This document shows, piece after piece, positions 20,755 to 29,927 of a stretch of DNA of 64,000 bases. This DNA is from an archaeon. Its GTDB lineage: Archaea > Nanobdellota > Nanobdellia > Woesearchaeales > GW2011-AR9. Below the pieces are notes generated by a model that was not told the origin of the DNA, made no database searches, and was given only the letters and a program-made list of their open reading frames with translations. Position numbers and translations under genes: made by a program. The stretch lies in the NCBI GenBank assembly GCA_030704845.1, contig JAUYKZ010000006.1, positions 18,046-82,045 on the forward strand. Reading direction: 5' to 3'. The stretch's first letter is position 1; every line of letters begins with the position of its first letter.

Positions 20755-21184
20755 TGATTTTCTTCCTCAATTGGATAATATCAAGCGCTTCTACAATAGC
20801 ATGACATTTAACTACAAATTTCTTCACTTCAGGTAAATTATCCAATTCTTGCTTCTCTAAATAATACTGAGCCCGTATTCTTTTATATTTAAGATTAGAC
20901 ATAAAGCTGTAATCATTTCCATTAAACTCATCAATTATTGTCATCAGCTCTATCGTGCAGTCATGGATTTCTGATTTAATCCCGGCTTTCATCAAGATGG
21001 AATATAACGCATTATAGCACGCATAGTACGCCATTATAACATCCCATTTTGATCCAGTTCCAGAAATCTGCTGTAAGGTTTCTTGCGCCTCACTAAAATA
21101 CTTCTCAGATAAATTCTCATTCTCTTCAACAAGTTCAATTCCTTTTTTCTGTTTTAAACACCAGTCAATCTTACTTCGCGTCAT
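20744..21184 (-). CDS. HEPN domain protein
   Basis: AYYACYNA..LMKAGIKSEIHDCTI, KRIRAQYY. Confidence 0.85.
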   Translation of the reverse strand: MTRSKIDWCLKQKKGIELVEENENLSEKYFSEAQETLQQISGTGSKWDVIMAYYACYNALYSILMKAGIKSEIHDCTIELMTIIDEFNGNDYSFMSNLKYKRIRAQYYLEKQELDNLPEVKKFVVKCHAIVEALDIIQLRKKINEK

Positions 21185-21278
21185 TTTTTATACCTAAGTA
21201 GTTTTCTGTAATTGGGATATTTAAGATATTTCTGTCCAGATATGTCGGACAAATGTCCCTTTTTCTTAGACACAATTC

Positions 21279-24200
21279 TTATCCTCCAGTTAACTCATTT
21301 AAATCTATATTCTCAGCCATGTCACAATATGGAAGTTTAGTTGCATCGGGCGTTTGTTCAATAGCTCCAATTACCGTATCTGTAATATCTACTAAGATGT
21401 TAAGACCGGTAGTAATTTTACACAGTGGAATAGCTGCTGATGTTCCAGCCGGATCAAAACAAAGATCTGCACAAGCGGCCATTTCTATCCATTTAATAAC
21501 TCCAACTAGAGATGTGAACGCTGCTTTGATAGCTTTTCCGATATATGAAATACTTCCCAGAGGAGTGAAGTCAAATAATGGGCCGTAAACGAATTCACAC
21601 ATTTGGATGTCATATAAAGCATCACATCCTTCAAATGTAGTAAGACCGGATGGAACTTCACGACCATAACATACAATTTTTCTACACATAACTTGTCTTG
21701 CTTTTTCTGCTTGATATAATAATCCTGGGACACATAAACCCAAACCAGAAGTATAAAGATTTTCATATAATGATGTTGCTGGAATACCCAACAAACCTCT
21801 TCCAGAAAGAAGATTATAAGTTTCTAGAATATTGTCTTGGAATTGACCATATGCACCCAAATTTCCTGGATCTGGACTACAGCTTAAAATATCGATAGGA
21901 ATCTGGATATATTCTACAAATTCGAATGCCGTTTTCTGGCCAACTTCTAAGGTTAAACACTGACCACGTAAGGCCGTTCCAACACCAACTGCTCCACCAC
22001 CAGTCTTCTCTACAACTGTTGCAACTCCAACTAAATTACCGCTTACCAAATCAATAAATCTACTAGTCTTATCAATTATTGAAAGAATGTTTCCAATATA
22101 TCTAGCCCATTCAAGCGCAGTGTTAATATAACTCAATGCATCAAGGAATTCAAACCAATCTTCATTTTTCAATGCCCTTACTTTCTTCGCTAAATTTTCA
22201 TCCAATGCACCAATAGTACTAAATCCAAAAGGAACTTCAACTTGCACTTCCTGTAATTCAGGAGAAGCAATAGCATCTTTACCAACTTTAGAAAATACTC
22301 TTAATTGACATGAATAAGACACAACAGCTTCCGCAAATCCGCCTTCAGTAGCAAACATTTCTCTGCCATTGAATGGAGAAAATTCAAGAATCATTGTAGC
22401 CGTAGGTTCAATCTCACCGTCAGGATAATTTCCACCATATAATATAGTCCGGCTTACTTCAGGACCGCTAGAACTTTCGTTACCTTGATCAACAGGCGAA
22501 CAACCAACTAGATCTGCACGTAACATTTGCGCTTGCGGATGTCCGGCTCCGAATTTAAGTTCAACCGGCATTCTAGTATAAGTTAACTCGGTAGTATCTA
22601 AATCAATGAAATCTATTAAAGGACGTGGAGCTCTTTGAAGTTCCCAGTAATCAGGATTTTCTTCCGTAACTAATCCCAATAAATTAATTTTAAATTTCCC
22701 ATCTCTTCCAGAAACAACATTCTTAGATTCACCTTCCCAATCAATAGCCTTAGCTTCATTACCAGCAGTATCATGAACAAGAATCTCAACATCCGCACTT
22801 GGATCTGGACCGGATTTCATTGGAGTTGTTTCAATGGAACATACCCATCTTGCTTCGGAACGGACACAACTTTCTTCATTGAAAACTTGCCATCCGTCAC
22901 CTAATCCTCTACTAGCACTTCCTTCAGGGAAAGATAATTCTGAATCAAGAACGATATCTTTTGTATTTACTAATATATTAAGTCCGTTTGTTTCTCTTAT
23001 AGTGAAATCAATTCTTAACCGATCATTACTTTGGAAGAAATCTTTCACGCCAATTAAATCTGAAACACCAAATAATTCTACTTTCTCTATTACAGGTGCG
23101 GAAGCATCGGAGAATAATTGTACGTCCGGTGAACTTCCTTTATTACCCACGTTATCTTCAAACACAGATAACCCAGTTATCGCAACATCTGTACTTCCAG
23201 CAAAACTGACATCCCAGTAACAGAACAATTTTCCGTCTTCCGTTTCTGAACATTCATCAGGAGCTTCGGCTGCTCCCATGCCAAATGCACTTAACCTTGC
23301 TCTAATTCCGTTCTCGGTGATTCCTGCTCCTTGATCTCTAACTAATAAGATAATTCTATTTTCTCCTTTCATGATGAAACTCTTGTCATCAAATATTTGT
23401 TCAGTACCCATGAATTCAATCACGGGAGGAGAAGTATCTACCACAAAATCACTTCTGCCAATTCTTTGTTCAACCGAATTGCCAAACCTATCGGTTACAG
23501 TTACGGTTAATTCTAAACTGGTAGATGGCTGAATCTCAACATTCTCCCAAGTACAATGATATAAACCTAGTTCTTTATCATCTTCATAACAATTTGCGGG
23601 AGTTCTATCTAAATCAACTTGAATCGATGATGCAGTTACGCTAGCTAAATTATTTTCTTTAACATCAAGAGTAATATCCGTTTTGATAGAAAATTCGCCG
23701 ATAAATTTTCCTAAATCAGTGAAATTAAGAGTTCCGCCAAGAATAACCGGGTCAATGAAATCGCTTCTGAAAGAACCGATTGCAGGATGTTCAGTAATAT
23801 GTCCTAAACGATCTTCAGCAGTTATCTTTATTCTTTTAACTCCTTCCCCAGCAAGTTCCGCTTGAAGTTTTCCACCAAATTCAGCAATATTACTATATTT
23901 AAATTCTTTCTGACCAACTTCTAATCTTGAACCACCAATGGTTTGTAAGATTTGGTTAGTATCGGCGTCAATAATTTCAATCTTGCTTATGCCCACTGAA
24001 GGAATGTCTCCCCGGGTATCTTTAACAAGGAAATCAAGTTCAACTTCACCAAGAAGATTTTGTTTTAATTTAGTTATCTCAACTGTTGGAGCAGTTCCAT
24101 CTGCTCTAATTACATCTGCGTTTTTTACAGTTGCTGGATTTAAAACTTCATTTAAGTAATGATAAACAACTTCAAACAAGTATGCATCTTCACGAACACC

Positions 24201-24515
24201 ATCCGTTAAAGGACTGATATATTCACAAGAAACTCCTTGCGGTGTACTTGCGCAAGCATTGAATGGTGATTCTTTACTTCCAACTTTCATTACAACATTC
24301 TTTGGATCAATATTTTCTTCAGTTGCCGAAGTAATTAAAGCGTTAACTTTCCAAGTGTCCCCATCAGCGTCAATAAATTTGTCAATGTTAGCTTCTCCAG
24401 AATTTTTAGTTATGCTAACAAGTGGAACAGCCATAACACTTGCACTGTAAACAGGTAGAGTTACAAATAAGAAAATCATCCACAAACCTACCACTTGCAA
24501 CGCTCTTTTTTCCAT
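21279..24515 (-). CDS. Large secreted protein: Ig-like repeats plus hydrophobic, Cys-rich helical C-terminus
   Basis: Signal peptide; repeated D..G(N/H)...D..(A/P)P.I strands; C-terminal CVPGLLY..CRKIVC..CD..CEFVYG. Confidence 0.75.
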   Translation of the reverse strand: MEKRALQVVGLWMIFLFVTLPVYSASVMAVPLVSITKNSGEANIDKFIDADGDTWKVNALITSATEENIDPKNVVMKVGSKESPFNACASTPQGVSCEYISPLTDGVREDAYLFEVVYHYLNEVLNPATVKNADVIRADGTAPTVEITKLKQNLLGEVELDFLVKDTRGDIPSVGISKIEIIDADTNQILQTIGGSRLEVGQKEFKYSNIAEFGGKLQAELAGEGVKRIKITAEDRLGHITEHPAIGSFRSDFIDPVILGGTLNFTDLGKFIGEFSIKTDITLDVKENNLASVTASSIQVDLDRTPANCYEDDKELGLYHCTWENVEIQPSTSLELTVTVTDRFGNSVEQRIGRSDFVVDTSPPVIEFMGTEQIFDDKSFIMKGENRIILLVRDQGAGITENGIRARLSAFGMGAAEAPDECSETEDGKLFCYWDVSFAGSTDVAITGLSVFEDNVGNKGSSPDVQLFSDASAPVIEKVELFGVSDLIGVKDFFQSNDRLRIDFTIRETNGLNILVNTKDIVLDSELSFPEGSASRGLGDGWQVFNEESCVRSEARWVCSIETTPMKSGPDPSADVEILVHDTAGNEAKAIDWEGESKNVVSGRDGKFKINLLGLVTEENPDYWELQRAPRPLIDFIDLDTTELTYTRMPVELKFGAGHPQAQMLRADLVGCSPVDQGNESSSGPEVSRTILYGGNYPDGEIEPTATMILEFSPFNGREMFATEGGFAEAVVSYSCQLRVFSKVGKDAIASPELQEVQVEVPFGFSTIGALDENLAKKVRALKNEDWFEFLDALSYINTALEWARYIGNILSIIDKTSRFIDLVSGNLVGVATVVEKTGGGAVGVGTALRGQCLTLEVGQKTAFEFVEYIQIPIDILSCSPDPGNLGAYGQFQDNILETYNLLSGRGLLGIPATSLYENLYTSGLGLCVPGLLYQAEKARQVMCRKIVCYGREVPSGLTTFEGCDALYDIQMCEFVYGPLFDFTPLGSISYIGKAIKAAFTSLVGVIKWIEMAACADLCFDPAGTSAAIPLCKITTGLNILVDITDTVIGAIEQTPDATKLPYCDMAENIDLNELTGG

Positions 24516-24544
24516 ATTTTCTAACCTACTAATGTTAATCTATT

Positions 24545-24693
24545 TATATACTAAAAGGAATTAGGTTTCTAGACCTAATTCCTTTGGTATGTATAAAGGG
24601 ATAGTTTTCCCTTTTACATACAAAAGGCTTCTGCCTTTTAGTATATACCAAAATTCATAGATTTCTGTTCGGAATCTATGAATTTTTAGTATA
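24545..24693. repeat. Array of four tandem hairpins with TATAC(T/C)AAA feet; first three bounded by a 14-bp perfect inverted repeat
   Basis: TATATACTAAAAGG (24545-24558) and CCTTTTAGTATATA (24634-24647); fourth hairpin 24644-24693 overlaps the stop of 24676..27198. Confidence 0.8.
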
Positions 24694-27198
24694 TGTTGGT
24701 TCTAACGATGCTCTAACTTCCGGTCTTCTTGAAACTTCACCAAGCAATCCTGAAATTTGCATATCTTCAATGATTCTTCCCCCAGCCATAACTGAAGTGT
24801 CTTTACATACATCAAATAAACATCCCACACCAGGAATACAACTGTATCCGCCACATTCTTTCATTGGCACTTTAACTTGTTCTGGAATTGAAACAATATC
24901 TTGCACAGGGACATATAAAGTAATCTCATCCGCAGTATATAATTGTTCAGGAGTTATCGTTAAATAAGTAGCTGGTGTTTCCCAGGCAATATTACCCGTA
25001 ACAAAACCTTCGGAAACACTTTCATCAAGAGTGAATTTTTCTTCTTTATCATAACCTAGGATTGAATAAGTTGAACTTCTAGTTTCAGCTGGAATTCTTA
25101 CTTGCTGAGATGTAGTTGCGAATCCACTTATTTTATACACACCAGGAACTAACTGGACATTACTTCCAGCAGAACCTTTAACAGCTACCGAAGCAACAAA
25201 CTCATTACTTATAACTTCACCATGGAATCCGCTCACTCTTTCAAGAGTTAAAAGAACTTCTTCATCATCTCTTAAGTCAACAGATCTGTCATTCAAGTAA
25301 TAGTCATTATATTTAGTGATACTTTGATTTACTTCAAGAGATATAATTGGGGTTCCGGCACCAAGAACACTAGAACCGCTATCAAAGAAACATTGTTCTG
25401 CTCCTTGCGAACAAGATATATCACTGTAAGGAATAAAACTTACCCCATCGCCTGCTTGAGTTGGACCTGATCGGGTATATTTACATTCTAAAGCACGGAT
25501 ACATTTCTGGACTGGTTTTTTCTTAATATTAACATTAATCGTTTTGATTCTATCCATTTCTATAACTTTTTCAGTTGGTGCATTTGCAACCGCATATCCC
25601 AGAACAGCTGGCTGATCTTGATAATTATATGTGTCTATCGGATAGAAATTTGATAAGTAACCTAAAGCAGCAAAATTAATAACTCCACCATATACCGCAG
25701 GATATTTACTTTCTAATTCTCCACTTTGATCAGTTAACCCCATTTCACAACTTTGATCATCCGGAATTGTAAATCCGATTTTAACAGCTTCAATTGGTTC
25801 TTTAGTGAAAGAATCAACTACGACCGTTTTAAGCAATTCGGTATCTCGATGTGCTTCATCACAAGATATAGGAGATATTCCTTTTGGATAAACTTCCCGA
25901 ACAGATTCATCCTCAGCAGGTCTGTTGTTTCTAATATTAGATTCTAAGGCCATAACAAATCTGTAACCTTCGCCATTAAATGCAGCTTCATCTTTAATTG
26001 TAACAAGGACAGGGTAACTGACATCATAATGAGTTTCATATTGTTGATTTCCAAATGATAAGATTTCATAATTAATGTAAATACTGTTTGGTTTTATGAT
26101 TCCATCTTCGCTGTTTGTTTTAAAGTAAGGATTCCAGCCAAAATAATCAAATGAAACGCCCACATCATCAGCTCCACTTAATGGAAGAACCATATTATCT
26201 ACAACATGCTGAGCTAACCGTTCAGATTCAGGGAATGTTGAATAATAAAATCTTTCACTACCTAAAAATCTAAGCATTGGGACATAAGAGGTTAACAATC
26301 CTTTATATTGTTGTTCAACTGTATCTTCCTGCCAAGATAAAGAAGAAAATAATTGGTATCCGGTATCTGAAGTTGGAGGAAGCGCTTGAGCATCTTTCCT
26401 AGAATAAACTGAAATCAATTCCAATCCTTGCCGTTCCAAGAAATTAAATTCTTTTTCAGCATTTGCGATTTGTTCAGCAACTTCATAATAATGTCTTAAA
26501 TCTAACGGCACTCTTACAAAAAATACATTTAAATCAGTTGAAGCATCTCCTATTGAAACACTAACATCCATGTCCATTCGGAAATCAACCAAACCATCGC
26601 CGATAGTAACTTTAATCGTTTTATCTGGGTCTTGCACAACGTCAAATCCTTGAGAAGTAAATGGAGCGTAATCGTTTAGGCAACCATCAATTCTTTCATC
26701 AATAAACCTTTCAAGTTGAGATTCCATGCTTAACGCCGGATCATCTGCTTTTTTAATTTCTGGTTTTAAAGATGAGATTGCAATATTTTTAGCAGAATTT
26801 GGAGGCGTGTTATAATGCCAGTAAGGAACTTTAAGAGGTTCAAGATTTAATCCATCGCTATCTGTTGGATTAGTTGAAGAAAATTCCCCAGCCAACTCTG
26901 GATAGATATAACCGCCTTGATCTCCTAGAATAAGTAGCCCTCGTTTTGCAAGTTGTCCAACACATTGTTCGGTATAAGATTGAACCGGTCTAAATTCTTC
27001 GGGAACACTACTTAAAATTGGCAAACCTTCAGAAGTAAATTTTTGTTGGATAGAGCCCGATGTAAAATAAAGTATCCCTGCGAATGTAAAAAGAATAACG
27101 ATTCCGATAATAATAAATATCGTGATCTGCCCTTTCTTTGAAGAGAAGCCAAACCCTCCGGTATTACATCTACTAATACTACCTCTTTTTATCACCAT
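24676..27198 (-). CDS. Large class III signal peptide (pilin-like) protein
   Basis: SKKG|QITIFIIIGIVILF; VQSYTEQC..GGY segment similar to FIEQC..GGY in 14199..15530. Confidence 0.72.
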   Translation of the reverse strand: MVIKRGSISRCNTGGFGFSSKKGQITIFIIIGIVILFTFAGILYFTSGSIQQKFTSEGLPILSSVPEEFRPVQSYTEQCVGQLAKRGLLILGDQGGYIYPELAGEFSSTNPTDSDGLNLEPLKVPYWHYNTPPNSAKNIAISSLKPEIKKADDPALSMESQLERFIDERIDGCLNDYAPFTSQGFDVVQDPDKTIKVTIGDGLVDFRMDMDVSVSIGDASTDLNVFFVRVPLDLRHYYEVAEQIANAEKEFNFLERQGLELISVYSRKDAQALPPTSDTGYQLFSSLSWQEDTVEQQYKGLLTSYVPMLRFLGSERFYYSTFPESERLAQHVVDNMVLPLSGADDVGVSFDYFGWNPYFKTNSEDGIIKPNSIYINYEILSFGNQQYETHYDVSYPVLVTIKDEAAFNGEGYRFVMALESNIRNNRPAEDESVREVYPKGISPISCDEAHRDTELLKTVVVDSFTKEPIEAVKIGFTIPDDQSCEMGLTDQSGELESKYPAVYGGVINFAALGYLSNFYPIDTYNYQDQPAVLGYAVANAPTEKVIEMDRIKTINVNIKKKPVQKCIRALECKYTRSGPTQAGDGVSFIPYSDISCSQGAEQCFFDSGSSVLGAGTPIISLEVNQSITKYNDYYLNDRSVDLRDDEEVLLTLERVSGFHGEVISNEFVASVAVKGSAGSNVQLVPGVYKISGFATTSQQVRIPAETRSSTYSILGYDKEEKFTLDESVSEGFVTGNIAWETPATYLTITPEQLYTADEITLYVPVQDIVSIPEQVKVPMKECGGYSCIPGVGCLFDVCKDTSVMAGGRIIEDMQISGLLGEVSRRPEVRASLEPTYTKNS

Positions 27199-27298
27199 GG
27201 TATTGACTTTAGAAAGAGAAGATGATTTATAAAGCTTGTGGGAAGTGGAGTCTTGATTACAATCAAATTAACCATATTATAAAATCATTTTTGAAAGA

Positions 27299-29389
27299 TC
27301 AACAAATCTTAGACCCATCCTTAACCTTAACTACAACGTCTCGGCCGTCAACTTGCAAATTCTTACCATCAAAATTCACTCGACCATCCTTAACAGCCAT
27401 CTTAATTTTAACAAAATCCTCAAAACTAACCTCGGAAGATAACTCCGGAGGATTCATTTCTTCAAAACAAGCATTACTCCCTAAATTAGAATCAACCTCT
27501 AGTAAAGTTATTTTATGATCTTTATCTTCCGCAACAAGAGTCATCGCTTCTGACATCTCCCCCCGGATTTTTGCTTTCTTTAAATTAACTAGGAATAATG
27601 CTTTCTTTCCAACTAATTCCTTAACTGTAAAATGTTTCTTTAATCCGGCAACTACTTGTCTCTTCTCATTACCAATGTCAACTGTCATCACATAAAGGCT
27701 GTCGGCATTTGGATGATCTTTTACTTCAACAATCTTTCCAGATTTGATCAATAATGGAAATACCGGAGTTTCCAGGGGCACTTCAACTTTACTCATTAAC
27801 AGTTCTGGTTTTTTAACAGTTCCTTTCCAATTGAAAACGATGTCATCCCAATAAAGACTTTTCTTAGATTTACCAGAAAGACTTCCCTGAACCTTCTCTG
27901 AAAAAGAAGGTAAAATTGGTTGCAGGATTATCGATAAGGTTCTCGCTAGATTAACACAGAACCCAACTTCATCTTGCTTCATTTCCGGATTTTTCCATGG
28001 TTCAGCTTTCTGGAAATATGAATTTCCTTCGTCAGCAATTTGAAGAATTAATTTTACTGCGTCCTTGAAATTTTGATTAGAATAATGTTCCTTGATACTT
28101 TTCAAATGTTTCTCAATCTTTCTCTGGAGAGATTTTTCTTCCGTAACCTGGGTGATTTTTCCATAATTCTTGTTAGCAAAAACTAATGTCCGGTAACAAA
28201 AATTCCCGATGTTTGCAACTAGAACATTATTTGTTACGGCTTGGAAGTCGGAGAAATTGAAATCTATATCCACCACTTTTCGATCAAGATGGTTCGCATA
28301 ATAAAATCTTAATGATTCCGCTGAATATATCGATAAGAAATCTTTCAAAGTAAAGAAAGTTCCCCTTGACTTGCTCATCTTCTGACCGTTAACCGTAATA
28401 AATCCGTGCGTGGTTATTTTTGGGACAGGAATATTCATAGCCATCAACATAGCCGGCCAAAATAAGTAATGGAAATAGATGATATCTTTACCAATGAAAT
28501 GATATACTGAACCATTCATCCAATAATCTTCCCAAGAAGATTTTTTCTTACCACTTTGTTTATCGCAATAATTTTTAGTTGAAGAAATGTAACCAATCGG
28601 AGCGTCTAGCCAGACATAGAAATATTTTATCGCGCCGGCTTCTTTCTTTGATTCGGGAATTTCAAAACCGAAATAGGGAGCATCTCTGGAAATACACCAA
28701 TCCTGCAATCCTTCCTTAAGCCAGCCTTCAATGAAATTACGAATTTCCGGTTGAATGGTTTTATCGTTTTTCAACCAAGAAGTTATCTTAGGACTCATCT
28801 CTTTTAATTTGAAATAGTAATGGGTAGATTTTTTTAGGATGGGTTTAGTCTTTGTTAAGACAGAATAGGGGGTTTTTAATTCTGTAGGATTGTAAGTCGC
28901 GCCACATTTCTCGCAAGCATCGCCATACTGGTCTTCCCCACCACATTTGGGACAAGTACCTTTCACAAATCTATCCGGCAGGAACTGGTTTGCCTGCGAA
29001 TCGTACATTTGTTCTGTCTCTTTCAAATAGATTAATTTTTTTTCTTTTAGCGTCTTAAAAAACAATTCTGCTAACCCCTTATTTTCTTTAGAATGTGTTT
29101 TATGGAAATTATCAAACTCGACCAGTAAGTCCTTTAAATCACTTTGCTGGGATTTAGAAAACTGCTCGGCAAATTTCTCTGGGTCAATTCCTGCTTCCTT
29201 CGCTTTAACCTCGATTGGGGTCCCATGCATGTCGGAAGCACAGATAAATAATGCCTCTTTTCGGAAAAGTTTTAATGATCTGATAAAAATGTCGGTCTCA
29301 ATAAATCCCAAGCTATGCCCTAGATGAAGTTGCCCATTAGCATAAGGCAGAGCATAAGTCACGACGATTTTTTCCTGGTCAGATTTCAT
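27299..29389 (-). CDS. metG: Methionine--tRNA ligase with C-terminal tRNA-binding OB domain
   Basis: ALPYANG.LHLGH, Zn knuckle CPKC..CEKC, YVWLDAPIGY, KMSKSRG, HPNADSL. Confidence 0.97.
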   Translation of the reverse strand: MKSDQEKIVVTYALPYANGQLHLGHSLGFIETDIFIRSLKLFRKEALFICASDMHGTPIEVKAKEAGIDPEKFAEQFSKSQQSDLKDLLVEFDNFHKTHSKENKGLAELFFKTLKEKKLIYLKETEQMYDSQANQFLPDRFVKGTCPKCGGEDQYGDACEKCGATYNPTELKTPYSVLTKTKPILKKSTHYYFKLKEMSPKITSWLKNDKTIQPEIRNFIEGWLKEGLQDWCISRDAPYFGFEIPESKKEAGAIKYFYVWLDAPIGYISSTKNYCDKQSGKKKSSWEDYWMNGSVYHFIGKDIIYFHYLFWPAMLMAMNIPVPKITTHGFITVNGQKMSKSRGTFFTLKDFLSIYSAESLRFYYANHLDRKVVDIDFNFSDFQAVTNNVLVANIGNFCYRTLVFANKNYGKITQVTEEKSLQRKIEKHLKSIKEHYSNQNFKDAVKLILQIADEGNSYFQKAEPWKNPEMKQDEVGFCVNLARTLSIILQPILPSFSEKVQGSLSGKSKKSLYWDDIVFNWKGTVKKPELLMSKVEVPLETPVFPLLIKSGKIVEVKDHPNADSLYVMTVDIGNEKRQVVAGLKKHFTVKELVGKKALFLVNLKKAKIRGEMSEAMTLVAEDKDHKITLLEVDSNLGSNACFEEMNPPELSSEVSFEDFVKIKMAVKDGRVNFDGKNLQVDGRDVVVKVKDGSKIC

Positions 29390-29470
29390 AGAACAAAGAA
29401 CGGAAGAGCTTTATATAAAGATTACTATCCAAATTTTAATTGTCAAAAAAAGGAGATTCTTAATTTCAAA

Positions 29471-29487
29471 CCGTAAAACTTAAATAC
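29471..29487 (+). promoter_or_regulatory. BRE-TATA promoter for the micropeptide operon
   Basis: CCGTAAAACTTAAATA, divergent from metG. Confidence 0.45.
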
Positions 29488-29576
29488 CTAGTTTCATATA
29501 CAGAAGTCGCTTTTAACTGTTTTTAACAAAGGGGGTTCAAAGCAAAAAAAAACAATACAAGGGAGGGTGTGTAAAA

Positions 29577-29741
29577 ATGGAGACAATAAACACCAAAGAT
29601 TTGATTGAAGAAGAAGTAAATAGCGTCTGGGAAGAGGAAGAAGAAGATGACGACGACGATTCCTGGGACGACGGCGATGATGACGACCAAGACGACGACA
29701 GCGATGACGGCGACTCGGACGATGATGATGACCAGTACTGA
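29577..29741 (+). CDS. 54-aa polyacidic peptide (not in ORF track)
   Basis: METINTKDLIEEEVNSVWEEEEEDDDDDSWDDGDDDDQDDDSDDGDSDDDDDQY; SD-like GGAGGGTG upstream; mixed GAC/GAT codons. Confidence 0.7.
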   Translation: METINTKDLIEEEVNSVWEEEEEDDDDDSWDDGDDDDQDDDSDDGDSDDDDDQY

Positions 29742-29767
29742 GGTCTATTAAAAAGGAGGTGACATAG

Positions 29768-29830
29768 ATGGCCGCTAAAAAGAAAGCTGCAGCTAAAAAA
29801 TCAGGAGCTAAGAAGAAAGGTAAAAAATAG
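29768..29830 (+). CDS. 20-aa Lys/Ala-rich basic micropeptide (not in ORF track)
   Basis: MAAKKKAAAKKSGAKKKGKK; SD AAGGAGGTGA 5 nt upstream is a perfect match to this genome's 16S 3' end. Confidence 0.7.
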   Translation: MAAKKKAAAKKSGAKKKGKK

Positions 29831-29864
29831 GAGCATCGTTATTTTTGACTTTCTAACCTGAACA

Positions 29865-29892
29865 TTTTATTTTTTTTTATTTTTTTGTTTAT
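29865..29892 (+). terminator. T-rich terminator after the micropeptide pair
   Basis: TTTTATTTTTTTTTATTTTTTTGTTT. Confidence 0.55.
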
Positions 29893-29927
29893 TCTTAAAA
29901 AATTGTGATGTCAAAATCCTTAATGTA

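Noticed and set aside
15531-21278. TA-rich co-oriented run as an integron cassette array
   Set aside because: Genes overlap or abut, no properly oriented RYYYAAC...GTTRRRY attC sites were found, and there is no integrase
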